NCBI GenBank assembly: GCA_013239625.1
Contig: MU053271.1
Location: forward strand, 26,112-90,111
Source: Lama guanicoe
Lineage: Eukaryota
Length of the DNA: 64,000 nt
Direction: 5' to 3'
The notes under the pieces are model-generated. The model worked only from the letters and a program-made list of their open reading frames with translations. It had not been told where the DNA came from and did not search any database. A program made the position numbers and the translations under genes. Positions 14,194 through 25,849 of this stretch are shown here, in pieces; the first letter of the stretch is position 1; each line of letters begins with the position of its first letter.

Positions 14194-14734
14194 TGACAAT
14201 GGAATAGAAAAGAACAAACCTGACTCCATACTAGACCTGTTCCTTTGACTTCAACTCTGTGCCCTGCTTCCTAGGCTCAGACTTGCCGGTTCTGCACCTT
14301 TTGTAAAACAATGTTGCCAACAGCCTGAAATAGACAGCAGAGCCTGTTCCCAAGGCTCTGACCTTTAAGGATATTTACACTTTTCCATTCATATAAAGGT
14401 AACAAGTTGCAATATAGAAAACATTTGTTTTGTTGGAGGTTTACAGGGACACCATGATCTCACCCACGTGGACAGCTGCCAAGAACACAGGATTCCAAGA
14501 ACAAAGAATTCCTACATTAAGAAGTTTCCAACAACCAAGCATTCCCCCTCCTCTTTTTAGTATAAAAGGAGCCTGAATTCTAACTTGGAGAAGATGGTGC
14601 TCTAGGACATCAGTCTGCCACCTTCTGGGTCAGCCAGCTTTCTGAATAAAGTCATTGTTCTTTGCCCTAACACCTCATCTCCTGATTTACTGGCCTGTCA
14701 CGTGGTGAGTAGAATGAGTTTGGATTCAGTAACA
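14194..14734 (+). mobile_element. Solo ERV1-type LTR
   Basis: TG...CA ends, TATAAAA at ~14561, AATAAA at ~14645, 3' end tttggattcagtaaca typical of MER41/ERV1-like LTRs; no clear TSD. Confidence 0.8.
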
Positions 14735-15849
14735 ATAACCAACAATATAATTAATGAGCAAATACTGAAAGTTTTCTTTGAAATGAACCAGATGCCAGCT
14801 TTCACCTCTTCTAGTCAATACTGTACTGAAGACACTGTCAGAATAATAATGTAGTAACAACAACAAAACAGGAGGCATAAAGATCACATTTTAAGTGAGA
14901 AAGCTGTCATTGTGTGTGCACGGCATTATTACATGCATGGAAAACCCACCATAATACAAAGACATTCATGATTAGGAAGTGAATTAGGGCATGGTTACTG
15001 GAGTGAGGATCAGTGTATAAAATCAACTGGATTATTCTGCATGAGTAAGAAAGAAACAAAATTAACCTGCAAACACCAGGCCAGCAAACAAGTATCCACA
15101 GGAAAAAGAACCTACACAAGATAAACTTACACAACATTAAAAAAAATGCTTCAGCCCACCCCGCAGGGGCCGTGAGCTCTCCCCAGCCAGGCTGGGTCCA
15201 GCCAGGGCTGCGGGGTGCTGTGCGCAGGCCGGCAGGGGCCCAACATTGGCCTCCCTGTGCAGCTGGTGCTCTCACCACGCTGGCCCTGGTCAGATGTCCA
15301 GTGCCTCTGAGCCCAGGGGCTCTGGGTGATAGAAATTTTAAAAACAATCAATGTAAGAAAAACACAAAAATCCAACAGGAAAGTGAGCAGGAAATATGAA
15401 GAAAAGTAAGCCGAGGAGGTTGACAGACCTTCTAAAAGGTAACTCCCCTGATGCAGGTCCAGGTGAGAGGATCCCAGCAGGACCCAGGCCAGGAGGCCAG
15501 GAGGCAGGACCACCAGGGAGGTGACAGTGCCCCCTGCTGTGGGAGGGTCCGGGTCCAGGACTTCCAGTGGGGACTCCAGGTCTTCTGCCTCAGTCTTGGC
15601 CTCCACTGCATCGCCAAGCACAGCCTCACGTCACCACCCCCAAGCTGGGGGGGATTCTGATTGGCCAGGTCAGAGAAAGTCATATAAAATGTGGTTGTCA
15701 CACAGAATTCAAACAGGGCACTGTCAGACTGTCACACAAGAGACAGGACTCAACTGTCATCAAAGCACTTCTAAAGAAGAAAGCTTAATTTCGCCCTCTA
15801 ACCAGGCAAGAGGTTGCAAAATGCTCAAACGAACAAGTATCAGACTCAC

Positions 15850-15989
15850 ATATTCATCGACCGGTCACCAACGCTGGGAGAAAAAATGATCCTGTGCTGC
15901 TGAGCTGGCCCATCAGCGTGATCCCAGGGCACGGACAGGCTGATGGTTGTCTCTCCAAAGACTCAGATTCCTCGGTCTACTGCGTGGTC
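15850..15989 (-). pseudogene. COL12A1: COL12A1-like exon with two small deletions and mutated acceptor
   Basis: [43 protein letters not shown]|gtgagt; acceptor reads ac rather than ag; 140 nt versus 143 expected. Confidence 0.9.
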
Positions 15990-16630
15990 GTAAATAAATC
16001 AACGCAATAGAGTCAGTGGCCTGTCTGTGAGCAGGTGGACATGGGGGTGGAGGGAGGGGTATAACAGACCTGTAAGCAGGTCAGTGTCACTGCATCCAGA
16101 GGTTTCACCACTCTCTGGGGTGTTTCCTCCCCTGTGATATAATCCGCATCTCCTACTTTTCTCATGTGGACCCCTCAACAGTAGGAAGTGCTCCATTCAG
16201 AGCTACGGTTACGTGCTGAGCTTTTCGGGACAGGGACTGGGTTGGAGCCTAAATGTACAGACTGGGAGAGAACAGGATTTTAACTACTCCGACCATTTCC
16301 TGCTGAATGAAACACAGGCTGAGCCCTCACATTTCAAAAGTGCCCAGTTGGTGAGAAGACCCACTGCAGGGAGGAGAAGGGAAGAAACTTCTCCTTAACC
16401 CAGGTCCCAGATGAGGAAACAGCCCAGTGACACTCGGCCCAGTGACACTCACTCAGCCCAGAGGGCCCTCAGACTGAATGTGCACGTGGGAACCCGGGCA
16501 GAAGTGGGCTCCAGGCGTCCCCTCACCTGCGCAAGGTGGCAGCGGCTCTCAGCACCCACCTCAGCACCCACCTGCCCAGCCTTCCTCACTGAGTCACAAG
16601 GGAACTGGGTGGGAAGGATTTCAGCCTCAT

Positions 16631-16759
16631 GTGTTTGGCCCCGCGTGGGGCTGGGATTCTGCCTCCATCCGAGTGGAGCGCAGTGATGTTCATGGAATAG
16701 GGTGTGTCTGGAACCAGCTGCTCCAAGTGCGCCGTGGGGGTGTTCCCTGGCACCACAAC
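16631..16759 (-). pseudogene. COL12A1: COL12A1-like exon with 1-nt deletion and mutated donor
   Basis: ctccag|GTT GTG GTG CCA GGG AAC...; [32 protein letters not shown] then shifted NPSPTRGQT; donor atgagg instead of gtgagg. Confidence 0.92.
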
Positions 16760-17794
16760 CTGGAGGGGAGGACATGCCAAATTCTGTCTGGTAACAACCC
16801 AAATGCTTATTTACTCTTTTGTTAGCATAATAATGTTTATAGTGAAGGACTGAGCCCAGACTCAGCAGAAGCCAACCTCTGTGCTACTTCGTGACATCTC
16901 CCCGGGCCACAGCATTACATGCACTTTTCCCTCAGAAATTCCCTCTCCACTAAATCTGAGTACACACTTGACCCTTAGCAACCTCGACAACCTCCCATTT
17001 AGGTTCCTGGGGAAGGTTCTCAAATACAACATCCAGGGCTTACGATAGTGACCCCAAAGCACCCCGAATGTTAGAGACACTTCTCAGGGAAAGGTTTTTC
17101 TATTAAAATGGAGCTACTCCATGCGATGGACAAGGGCAGTGCTGTCTGAACATGTCCTGCCACACACAAGGGTGCAAATCAACACTTGGACAGGCTCAAC
17201 TTGTGTTTATCTTTGTCCATGGTCCCTGCTTCTTTTTGTAAAGTCTCATAAATTTACTTTCCCTCAGGTGTTCTGACACTCTCCCTACTCAAATTAGTCA
17301 TTTCTGCTCTCTCTGTTATTAATCTACTTAGAGAATGGAATAGTACTAAGCCAGATTGGGCAGTCTATTAAGAGCCAATGAAGGCAAACTTTTAGGTAGG
17401 GTCCTAACAAAGAAGTGTGTGTTACAATGAAAGTCCATATTGACAAGGTGTATCAACGACTTGCATTTACTACTGGGGTTTTTAACTCATATAGCTAATT
17501 TGCTTTTTCCCCAAATTTGCTTTTGCTTACTAACCCTACAGTTCATACCGTTACAATTTAATTCATCAAAAGCAATCACTTAATAAGCATTGTACATGGG
17601 CATGTTTGTGGCCTGTGTTCTCACAGGCTGCCAAACATGACACAAATATGAGACGAAGTTCATCAGGAAATGAGTGTGCCTGTGACCCAGGGCCACACCA
17701 ACTGACCTACTGTCCTGCACCAGCAACTACAGCAGGAGGCACCGTAAAATCTACAAAATTCTTCTGCCAGCTCTAAGGTTACAACAGTACTTAC

Positions 17795-17933
17795 AAGTTC
17801 CGGGGGCCTCGTGCTAGCCAGGGGAGCGCACACAACGCGGTACTGCGGCACTGGCCAGGGGCGGGGTCGAGATCGTCCCAGCTGTTTGGGGTCGGACTGT
17901 ACACTTGGACATCTCTGGCCAGTCTTCTCACCA
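17795..17933 (-). pseudogene. COL12A1: COL12A1-like exon with frameshift
   Basis: ttcctcag|TG GTG AGA AGA CTG GCC AGA GAT GTC CAA GTG TAC...; VRRLARDVQVYSPTPNSWDDLDPAPG then shifted frame PQYRVVCAPLASTRPPEL|gtaagt; 139 nt versus 143 expected. Confidence 0.92.
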
Positions 17934-19131
17934 CTGAGGAAAGAAAAGCCAACATGTATTTCTTACATCTATTTATACATGTCAAGCTTTTGTTATCACT
18001 TCCCCCAAACTTCCACTTTGTAGCAGGATAAAATACTGACCTCTTTAGACTTTGAATTATCTGCATTCAAAAGCAGATGAAAACTCTCCAAATCCACATT
18101 TAGCCAAACTTAGCCAACTAGGGCCTTGGTCTCTATGGAAGCTAAGTTGTTGCCAATAAAAACAAGGGAGTACAAGTAGTAGTACTGGGCTGGCCATAAA
18201 AGGACAAGGGACAAGGAGCAAGAGCGAGAAATTGGAAAAGAAGCTTCAGTTTTCCAGCACAGGTCATGGAGAGAGAGACAAGAGGATTCTACCATCTCCG
18301 CCTCTAAATGAGAACTGACAACACCGAGGACACCCATCTAACTGTGGCAGCTAGGTTAGCTGGTTTCAATCATTCATTTCTTATCATTCAACAGACACTG
18401 AATGTCTTCTGTGAGTCAAAGAAAAGGCAAATATAGGGAGAAATCAAAGATAACTCAGTTCTCAATTAACTGCCCCTACAGGGACTTAGAAAAACATGCA
18501 AATTAAATCCATATATTATCCCCAAACTCCATTTTACCAATAACATCATTTTTCTAGATCACTAATCTTTTGCCAAAAGAAGTCATCCACATTTGCTTTC
18601 TTTTAGCCATCAACACATAGATTTTTAAGCCAAATAAAATATTTAGAGGTATGCACCAAAGACTTTAAACAATACTACAAAGAATTGTAAAACCACTATA
18701 AACTGTTTTCCCAAGATGTTAATAGCAAATGAAAGCAGAGATTTTCAATGCCAAAAAGCACTTCATCAGCAGAGAAATGTGCTATCAAGTAACGTGACCA
18801 ACAGATTTCAACAACTGCCACTCAAAGCCAGTGACAAAACGCTGCTTCATACAAATTTATCGAGCACAAAGCAAAGCTCATGAACTTTTGTCAGTGACAG
18901 AGAATACTGGTAACAAATCCTAAAGTTAACACTTCAGAAGAATGTCATTTTTATTTCATATACTAAAATATTAACAATTGGTGGGGGTTGGGAGGTAAAC
19001 TATGTGTAACTGTTACATTTTTATTCCATCATTATGAATTTCCCAAATTTTCTTTATATGTTAAACTTTATGCTACACTAAAAAGCAAAATGCATCATGA
19101 AAACGCTAAATTTGTCTGCCTTCTTACTTCC

Positions 19132-19261
19132 ACATCCTTCCAGTGTCTGGTGTACACCCTCCATCGCCCTCAGGATAAAGGGGAACCATTGTAACAGTGT
19201 CTGGGGCATCTGGCTGCAGATTCCTATGAACGGCATCATTGGTATTCACAGGGATTGGCAC
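19132..19261 (-). pseudogene. COL12A1: COL12A1-like exon, donor mutated
   Basis: ttcag|GTG CCA ATC CCT...; reads [43 protein letters not shown]; 130 nt; donor reads ggaagt instead of gtaagt. Confidence 0.92.
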
Positions 19262-19672
19262 CTGAAGATTTTAATAAAATGTTAAGTACTTGATTTGAAA
19301 ACCTTGTACAAGAAATAATACTTTGAACAATCACTCAAAATATTAACTGAAGACCAAGTCAAGAAGCAGGTTCCGTAGTATTGGGACCTAAGGATATGCC
19401 CCCATATGAACTGTTGTTAAGAGTTGATGAAGGCCTCTCTGCACACAGCCAGCTCCTTCTTGAAAAGCCCCTAGAATGATTTGATCCCCCAGCCCCAGTC
19501 CCCCAAAAGTTCCCATCACCCAGGCACTGAGGCCCCAACCGACTACCCTCCGTCAAGTTCTACAGAAGAAACATGAACTCCTTCAGCGCTACGGTACACT
19601 AGTTAACTCTTGATCTCCACTTTGCAGTCTACAGCTGAAACTAACACACTTTTCCCTACAGGAAATAGTGAC

Positions 19673-19810
19673 CAGTTCCTACAGACCACCTGCTGTGGGT
19701 GCATAAAAGAGCTTCTACTGGTGAGGATTTCACTCTGTGTGCTCCCAGCGAACGTGCAAAGTGCTGGTGGAAGGGTCATACACTGAGGTTCCTCGCGGTA
19801 TTCAAAGGTT
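19673..19810 (-). pseudogene. COL12A1: COL12A1-like exon with 2-nt deletion and stop codons
   Basis: tttcag|AA CCT TTG AAT ACC GCG AGG AAC CTC AG(--)TG TAT GAC CCT TCC ACC AGC ACT... = [41 protein letters not shown]|gt; 138 nt versus 140 expected. Confidence 0.92.
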
Positions 19811-20117
19811 CTGAAATGCACAGAAAGCACATCACTGTGACTCTAACAACCCAGCACACACGAAGCCCAGGTTTACTGATGAGTCCTGGGAACCCTAGAA
19901 CACAGGATCCCTTTAGTAGGCACCCCGCAAATACCTGTTGAAGTAGTGAATAAAGGAAAAAAGGTCTGTGATTATCGGGTACATGTCTCATCCCTCCACA
20001 AGGTACTGTGGCCTCAGAGCATAGTTTGTTTGTGTTATCCTAGAAGGTAATAAACACCTTTCTCCAAGACCAGAGACAGATAACTCCAGTAAGGATATTA
20101 AAAACAATTTAGATCTT

Positions 20118-20262
20118 TGGGGGAGGGTATAGCTCATGGGTAGAGTGTATGCTTAGTGTGCACAAGGTCCTGGGTTCAATCCCCAGTACGTCCATTAAAA
20201 AATAAATAAAACCTAATTACTCTCCATTCCCAACAGAGACCAAAAAAAAAAAAAAAAACAAA
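20118..20262 (+). mobile_element. tRNA-derived camelid SINE (Vic-1-like)
   Basis: ggggagggtatagctca(A box)tgggtagag...gggttcaatccc(B box)...acctaattac and A-rich tail. Confidence 0.9.
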
Positions 20263-20385
20263 GATTAACATGCAATCTTAAAAGTTTAGCAAAACTCTGT
20301 GTCACCCCAGTGTTTCCAGTGGAAGATGTGATTTCATCCCCATGATGGTTTACTAAAAAAGCCACAGGAGTCCAGATTCACTTAC

Positions 20386-20515
20386 TGGTCTCGCCTCTTC
20401 CCGTCATGCAACCTCCTTCCGTATCAGGATACAGGGAGGACAGGGTGATGGTGTAAGGAGTGTCAGGCTTCAGCTTCTGCAGGACCACACTGTTCTGCTG
20501 TCCGCCTATCCTGGT
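20386..20515 (-). pseudogene. COL12A1: COL12A1-like exon, 130 nt, frame open
   Basis: ttactccag|ACC AGG ATA GGC GGA CAG CAG AAC...GAG ACC A|gtaagt; reads [43 protein letters not shown]; both splice sites canonical. Confidence 0.95.
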
Positions 20516-21424
20516 CTGGAGTAAAACAGGGATTGCCAGCTTCGCTCCCTCCAGCTCACTCATCTGCTAGGAAAAGCTCTTTCTCTGTTTGAGACCTTTG
20601 TCAAGATCTGGAAACATACTCCACCGTGAAAGTTTAAAATATATCCTAGGGTAACATTTTAAATGTAAACTAGGCCCCTTAAATCATAAAAAGGATTTTA
20701 AGCCTTAAACTAGTGATCTTAAAAAGATATTTCAACTATCAAGCGGCCAGCACTGCAAAGTTCCATCCAAAACATGTCTCACAGATCTCTTCTCCAAAAA
20801 GGCATTAGTCCTAAGTGAGCTGCAAAGGACCTTGAAAGACAGCAAAGGTCTGCATAATAGTAGAGGCCATTCAGTATTATTCTCACCTTTTTACAGATGG
20901 TTTTTACTTGATTTAGAAGCACATTAAAAAAATTCAGCAAAAGATCTAAAGCTTTTTGGTTTCCCCCTCCAAAACTTCTCCATGGCCAGTGTTACCCGTG
21001 CAGACTACATGACAGGACCCCCTGCCAGGCCACAGTCAGGCAGGGCTTCCCAGTCCTCTCCCTGACTCCAGCCTGCTGGTATGAAGAGTTTTCAATATCC
21101 TCCAATTATGGAGTATGAAGGGTTTTTTTTTTAATTCACTGTTTAGGGCCATCTAGCTACCCTGTTGAATGAATATTCAGCTGTCTTGTTAACAGTCTAC
21201 TGAATTCAGAGGTTTATGCCATACCAATTAAAATCGCATGAAAATGGCAGGCTGCCCGCAGTGGGTGCACATGCGGAGGGTTGGATGCACTAGCACAGTC
21301 CAGGTGTTTCCCACTGAGTACCATCCACTCAAAGAGTCAGTTTCAGAGAAAACCTCAGTGGATCACTGGACTCATCCTCATGATGAGCAAGATGAGCTAC
21401 AGCAGCGAATTTGGACAACTTTAG

Positions 21425-21646
21425 TAAATTTGGGAGTTTGAGATTTGCAAATGTTAAAAACAGAATAAAAAAGAAATTTTTCTGTATAGCACAGGAAACT
21501 ATATTCAATAATCTTGTAGTAACCTTTAATGGAAAAGACTATGAAAATGAATATATGTATATATAAGCATGACTGGGACATTATGCTGTACACCAGAAAT
21601 TGACACATTGTAACTGACCATACTTTAATAAAAAAATAGAAAAAAT
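21425..21646 (+). mobile_element. Short L1 3'UTR fragment with A-tail
   Basis: ctgtatagcacagg...tgctgtacaccagaaattgacacattgtaactgac...aataaaaaaa; same family as 28395-28580. Confidence 0.85.
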
Positions 21647-24600
21647 CAGTATGTGAGGTTGTAAGAGCAAAGCATCAACATGACATTTTTGTTACTTGAC
21701 GATCTGAAAGCATCCACTTAGTAGAACCAGCCTCATAAGGAAGCAGGAGGGTGTGTGCCCACTTCTCCCATCCAACTCTCCAAAATCATTCCAGCACCAG
21801 GGAGTCATCAATTTGATTATTTCTTGGACTAGCATTAAAACGCAAATATGCCAAAGAATAACAAATCTTAAGGGATTATCAGCTAACATGCTACACGGGA
21901 TAAGTTTATGAGCTGTCTTCTAATTATGATAAACAGTTGAGAGACAGTAAGAGAGACTCAGCAGCAGTTGGAGAGTCAGTATCACCAACAACAGAAATGC
22001 TAAGCTTTGCCTAAATCTGGCCTGACAAAGACAAAAGTTCTGTTTCTGCCATTGAAATACTAATCCATCAAATGTGTCTTTTACACATAAGACAGTTGAT
22101 GGCCACTGGTTATTTAGTTTATTATTGATAAGCTATAGGACAGATTCTCAACCCAAGTGTCTCATACTAAGTTTAGTTCTTTGGAAACTGCAACAGGGCA
22201 ACTCACAAGTCACACTGGGGACAGGAGAGTCTCTGATTCAGCTAAACCCACTTACTGTGCAGTACAGAGACCTGTAACCACTGCCAACATCCACCTCTGC
22301 TAACACCTCGAACATGGTAACAGGTATGACCTACTTGCTGGAGTTCAGCAAGTCAGATGAGTAAAAGGGGAAAACTCACCTCTCTCTCAGGCTAATCGAG
22401 GAAATACGGCAGCCCCCAAAACATCAACAAAATGCTAGCCCTCATCAAAAGAGGTATTTGGAGTAGATCAGAAAGCATATCCCTGTTTTTGGTGTTTTTT
22501 TTTACACTAAGTGCCTGCCATGACTCTTAATAAAGTATCACTAGAGAAACAAGCAAGTGGATGAACTGAAGACTCACAGGTGCTGTCTGGTTGCTTTTAA
22601 GAGCCCACAGAACCCCTGCTGCCCTGGGTACCGGTTTCCTTTCCAGGCTGGCCACCATGCCTCACTCTCAGAGGCTGTGCAGTGATGGCCCCACATCCTT
22701 CAGATTTACTTCCTAAACTTCCCTCAAAGGCGAGTACCATTCTTGGCTCCAAAGAAATGCCATGTTCCTCACCGGGAAACTTACTCCTGAGAGAGGGGTG
22801 GGGTCCTGACTTCCTGAGCCCACTAAGAGCCCACCTCCAAGCAGAGAGTGGGCCCACCACAGCCAGATCCTAAAAGTGGGCCAGGCTGGCTCTCCAGAGA
22901 AATCACTGTGCAGCTGTCCTGGGAGGCCAGATGGCACAGGCCACAGAAGTTGTCCTAATCAGACTAGTGAGCTCAACTCCTTGGAGACCCTCCAAGAAAG
23001 AGCCTTCAAGAACACACACAGTCCACCCAAGCAGGAGAAACCATCAGCACCGAGTCTGGAGACGTGTTCCCTGAGAGTCACCTAACTGAAGCCCCTCGTG
23101 GGAAGTGTGGGAACAGCCAGAAATAGGCTGAGAGTGAGGGACCCCTCGAGGGACTGCCTGACCGACTCTCTTATCACAGGTGAGGCCAGCGCACAGACCA
23201 CACAGTAAAAAGAGCTGGCTTTGCACGTGGACTCCCACTGCCTTTCCCAGGAGAGCAACATCGACTCAGACCTGTTGTTTGCAGCTGGTGTTAAGCCCTG
23301 GAAGGGGCACATGCAGTAAACGCAACAGCCCTTCTAACAGCAGGCGCAGGAGATAAAGAGGAGTCTGCAGCCCTGCACCCCCACCATCCACCCCGAGGCC
23401 CACAGCTTAGCTCCCAGAAACCAGAGCGTTTGTCGTGAATAAACATGAAATCACCCAGAACAGGCTTTGTGACCAAAGACAACAACACCTACTTGAAAAC
23501 TTGGCGATCAGATGGGAAGATGGTTATTGAGTAAAAATGACTTATATGTAAACCTGTGGTTGATCAGAATGATTAACCAGAGAATACTTTGCCTGCTAAC
23601 TTCGTATTTGGTGGCCCCGTAATTCTTTTATAACTGACATGTGGCAATGCTTGAAATATGACTTCCATCTGGCCAAATGATGAATCAGTTACTTTTATTG
23701 TGTCCAGTGAATGACTATAGCATATCCATTCCAAGGGTCAATAAATAACACATTTGATTAATTTCCCTTTAAAAATCTATGATCAACATGTATATCATTC
23801 AACTCCTTGAGTAACCAAGAAACCATGAAGTNNNNNNNNNNNNNNNNNNNNNNNNNNNNNNNNNNNNNNNNNNNNNNNNNNNNNNNNNNNNNNNNNNNNN
23901 NNNNNNNNNNNNNNNNNNNNNNNNNNNNNNNNNNNNNNNNNNNNNNNNNNNNNNNNNNNNNNNNNNNNNNNNNNNNNNNNNNNNNNNNNNNNNNNNNNNN
24001 NNNNNNNNNNNNNNNNNNNNNNNNNNNNNNNNNNNNNNNNNNNNNNNNNNAAACCCATGTTTATTTCTGTCTCCAGCAGCACCACTTAGGACAGCTATAC
24101 TGTAAGTGCAAAGCTCTTTGGAAGGAAAGGGAGAAAATGATTAACAGCATTGAAAGTTGACTTAGACGTCATATTTCAGAAAGTATCTTTGTGGTGAGAA
24201 ACCTCCAATTACGTCATCACTTTGTATGATCTGATAAAGAATTCACTGTGCTCTTAAAGCTAACCCTGATCACTGGGATAATTTATTCAACACTTATGGA
24301 CTTCTTAACCAAGAGCAGAGAAAATTAGTGAGGGGAGGCCACAAGGGGGCAGGAGGGGCTCATAGACACAAAGTAGCCTCCCTTGACAGGAGCTCAGGGA
24401 GAATAAAGGCAGGCTCCCACTTGTGGAACTCCTGACCTGGGGCGGACCGAGGTGGTGGGGGAAAGGGGCAGTGTGCTCCAGGATGGGAGTGCTTCATGCT
24501 GTTCCTGTTCAGTGGGTCCACAGACCTCCCAGCCCAGATGTGCCTGGGCAGAATACTCCCCACAGCCTGCTGGTCATGTTGCCAGATGTGGGGTGAAAAA

Positions 24601-25849
24601 TATTCTAAGTCGTTCCCTTCCAAGCCATGAGAAAGTCACACAGTCTAGAATTACTATCAGAGTCACATCTGTGAGTCACCCAGCTGCCTGCACCAATTTG
24701 ACTACTGGAAATTCCTGATTAATGACATTTTTTTAAACACCAGAGCAAAAACTTGACCTGCCCCAAATGACCATTTTTTCTTATTTCACCATTTTTTTTG
24801 CTTTGGTTACCTATTATTTTCTGCAAAGAACACACAGGAAGTAAAATGAAAATAGTGATTTAATGTACATTAACCTCAAACCTGAATGCTGTTCCTTCCA
24901 AGGTGTGGGAAAGGGGAAAGGATTCTGTGGTGGTAGCTTTGAGGGAGTGAAAGACTCCTTTTTCGACGGGACTCTTGGGCTCCTTCAGGCCATGCTGAGA
25001 CACCAGGGGTTTTTTTAATAACTAATACAATTACTTCACATCTGCAACTAAGAGTCTTCTTGAAGTCACAGATTACCAGGACTGCGAGTTCCAATCAGAT
25101 ACACTGTCCACCAGGAGGCACAGTTACTGTGAGGAAAGCCCAAAGATCCCCCCAGCTGAGGCCCCTCGGTAAAGCCTTGTCTGAAGTTCTCCTCTGATGA
25201 CAGAAAAAGCAGGTGCCCGTTACATTTCCGGCTCCGAAACCACCCACAGCCTGCACTGGCAGCATTAATCACAGCAAAGAATCCCTGATGGTCACTTTAT
25301 TTTTACTCCATAGGAGCCAGGTAAGTCCTGAATCCGGAGACCTGCCAAGTAGCCATTCATGGGGGAAGCAACACACTGGTGGCCAGAACACTTTCTAAAG
25401 GAGAGCGAGCACCTAGGGAGCCGCTCTTTAGTTTCCAACACAGGTCGCCCCCTGGGGCTNNNNNNNNNNNNNNNNNNNNNNNNNNNNNNNNNNNNNNNNN
25501 NNNNNNNNNNNNNNNNNNNNGTGCCAGGAACACCCACCTGACCCAGCAGGGGGCCACCATGCATGCCGCCCCCACCCCTCGCTGGGAAGACTGTAATAAT
25601 TACAACTTTCGGCTACCTTTAGCCAACCAGCCCAGAACAAAACAACCNNNNNNNNNNNNNNNNNNNATCACGTGCACCCCACTCCACGTCTCTCCATGCA
25701 GCACGTTCTACAGGGTGGGGGTGCCAGGAACCGGGCACCCACCTGACCCAGCAGGGGGCCACCATGCATGCCGCCCCCACCCCTCGCTGGGAAGACTGTA
25801 ATAATTACAACTTTCGGCTACCTTTAGCCAACCAGCCCAGAACAACCGC

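Larger units (their letters stand above)
15850..20515 (-). pseudogene. COL12A1: Unprocessed partial pseudogene of collagen XII alpha-1: six consecutive FN3-encoding exons with introns
   Basis: Exons at 20515-20386, 19810-19673, 19261-19132, 17933-17795, 16759-16631 and 15989-15850 translate to peptides matching, in order and intron phase, the COL12A1 stretch [21 protein letters not shown]...GDPIDEY as I recall it. Multiple stops, frameshifts and mutated splice sites; flanking COL12A1 exons not found by eye. Confidence 0.93.

Noticed and set aside
15151..15621. 156-aa ORF with faint resemblance to PRR23 proteins (TSLVVLPPG)
   Set aside because: No ATG start, similarity too short to support, and the rest runs through low-complexity sequence.
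20118..20195. tRNA-like sequence with A and B boxes
   Set aside because: Followed by SINE body and A-tail and present again at 28 kb; a SINE, not a tRNA gene.
25521..25847. Near-perfect ~126-bp direct duplication (25521-25647 and 25721-25847)
   Set aside because: The first copy is a tiny contig between two N gaps and differs only by 5-nt indels near its ends; most likely a scaffolding artefact.
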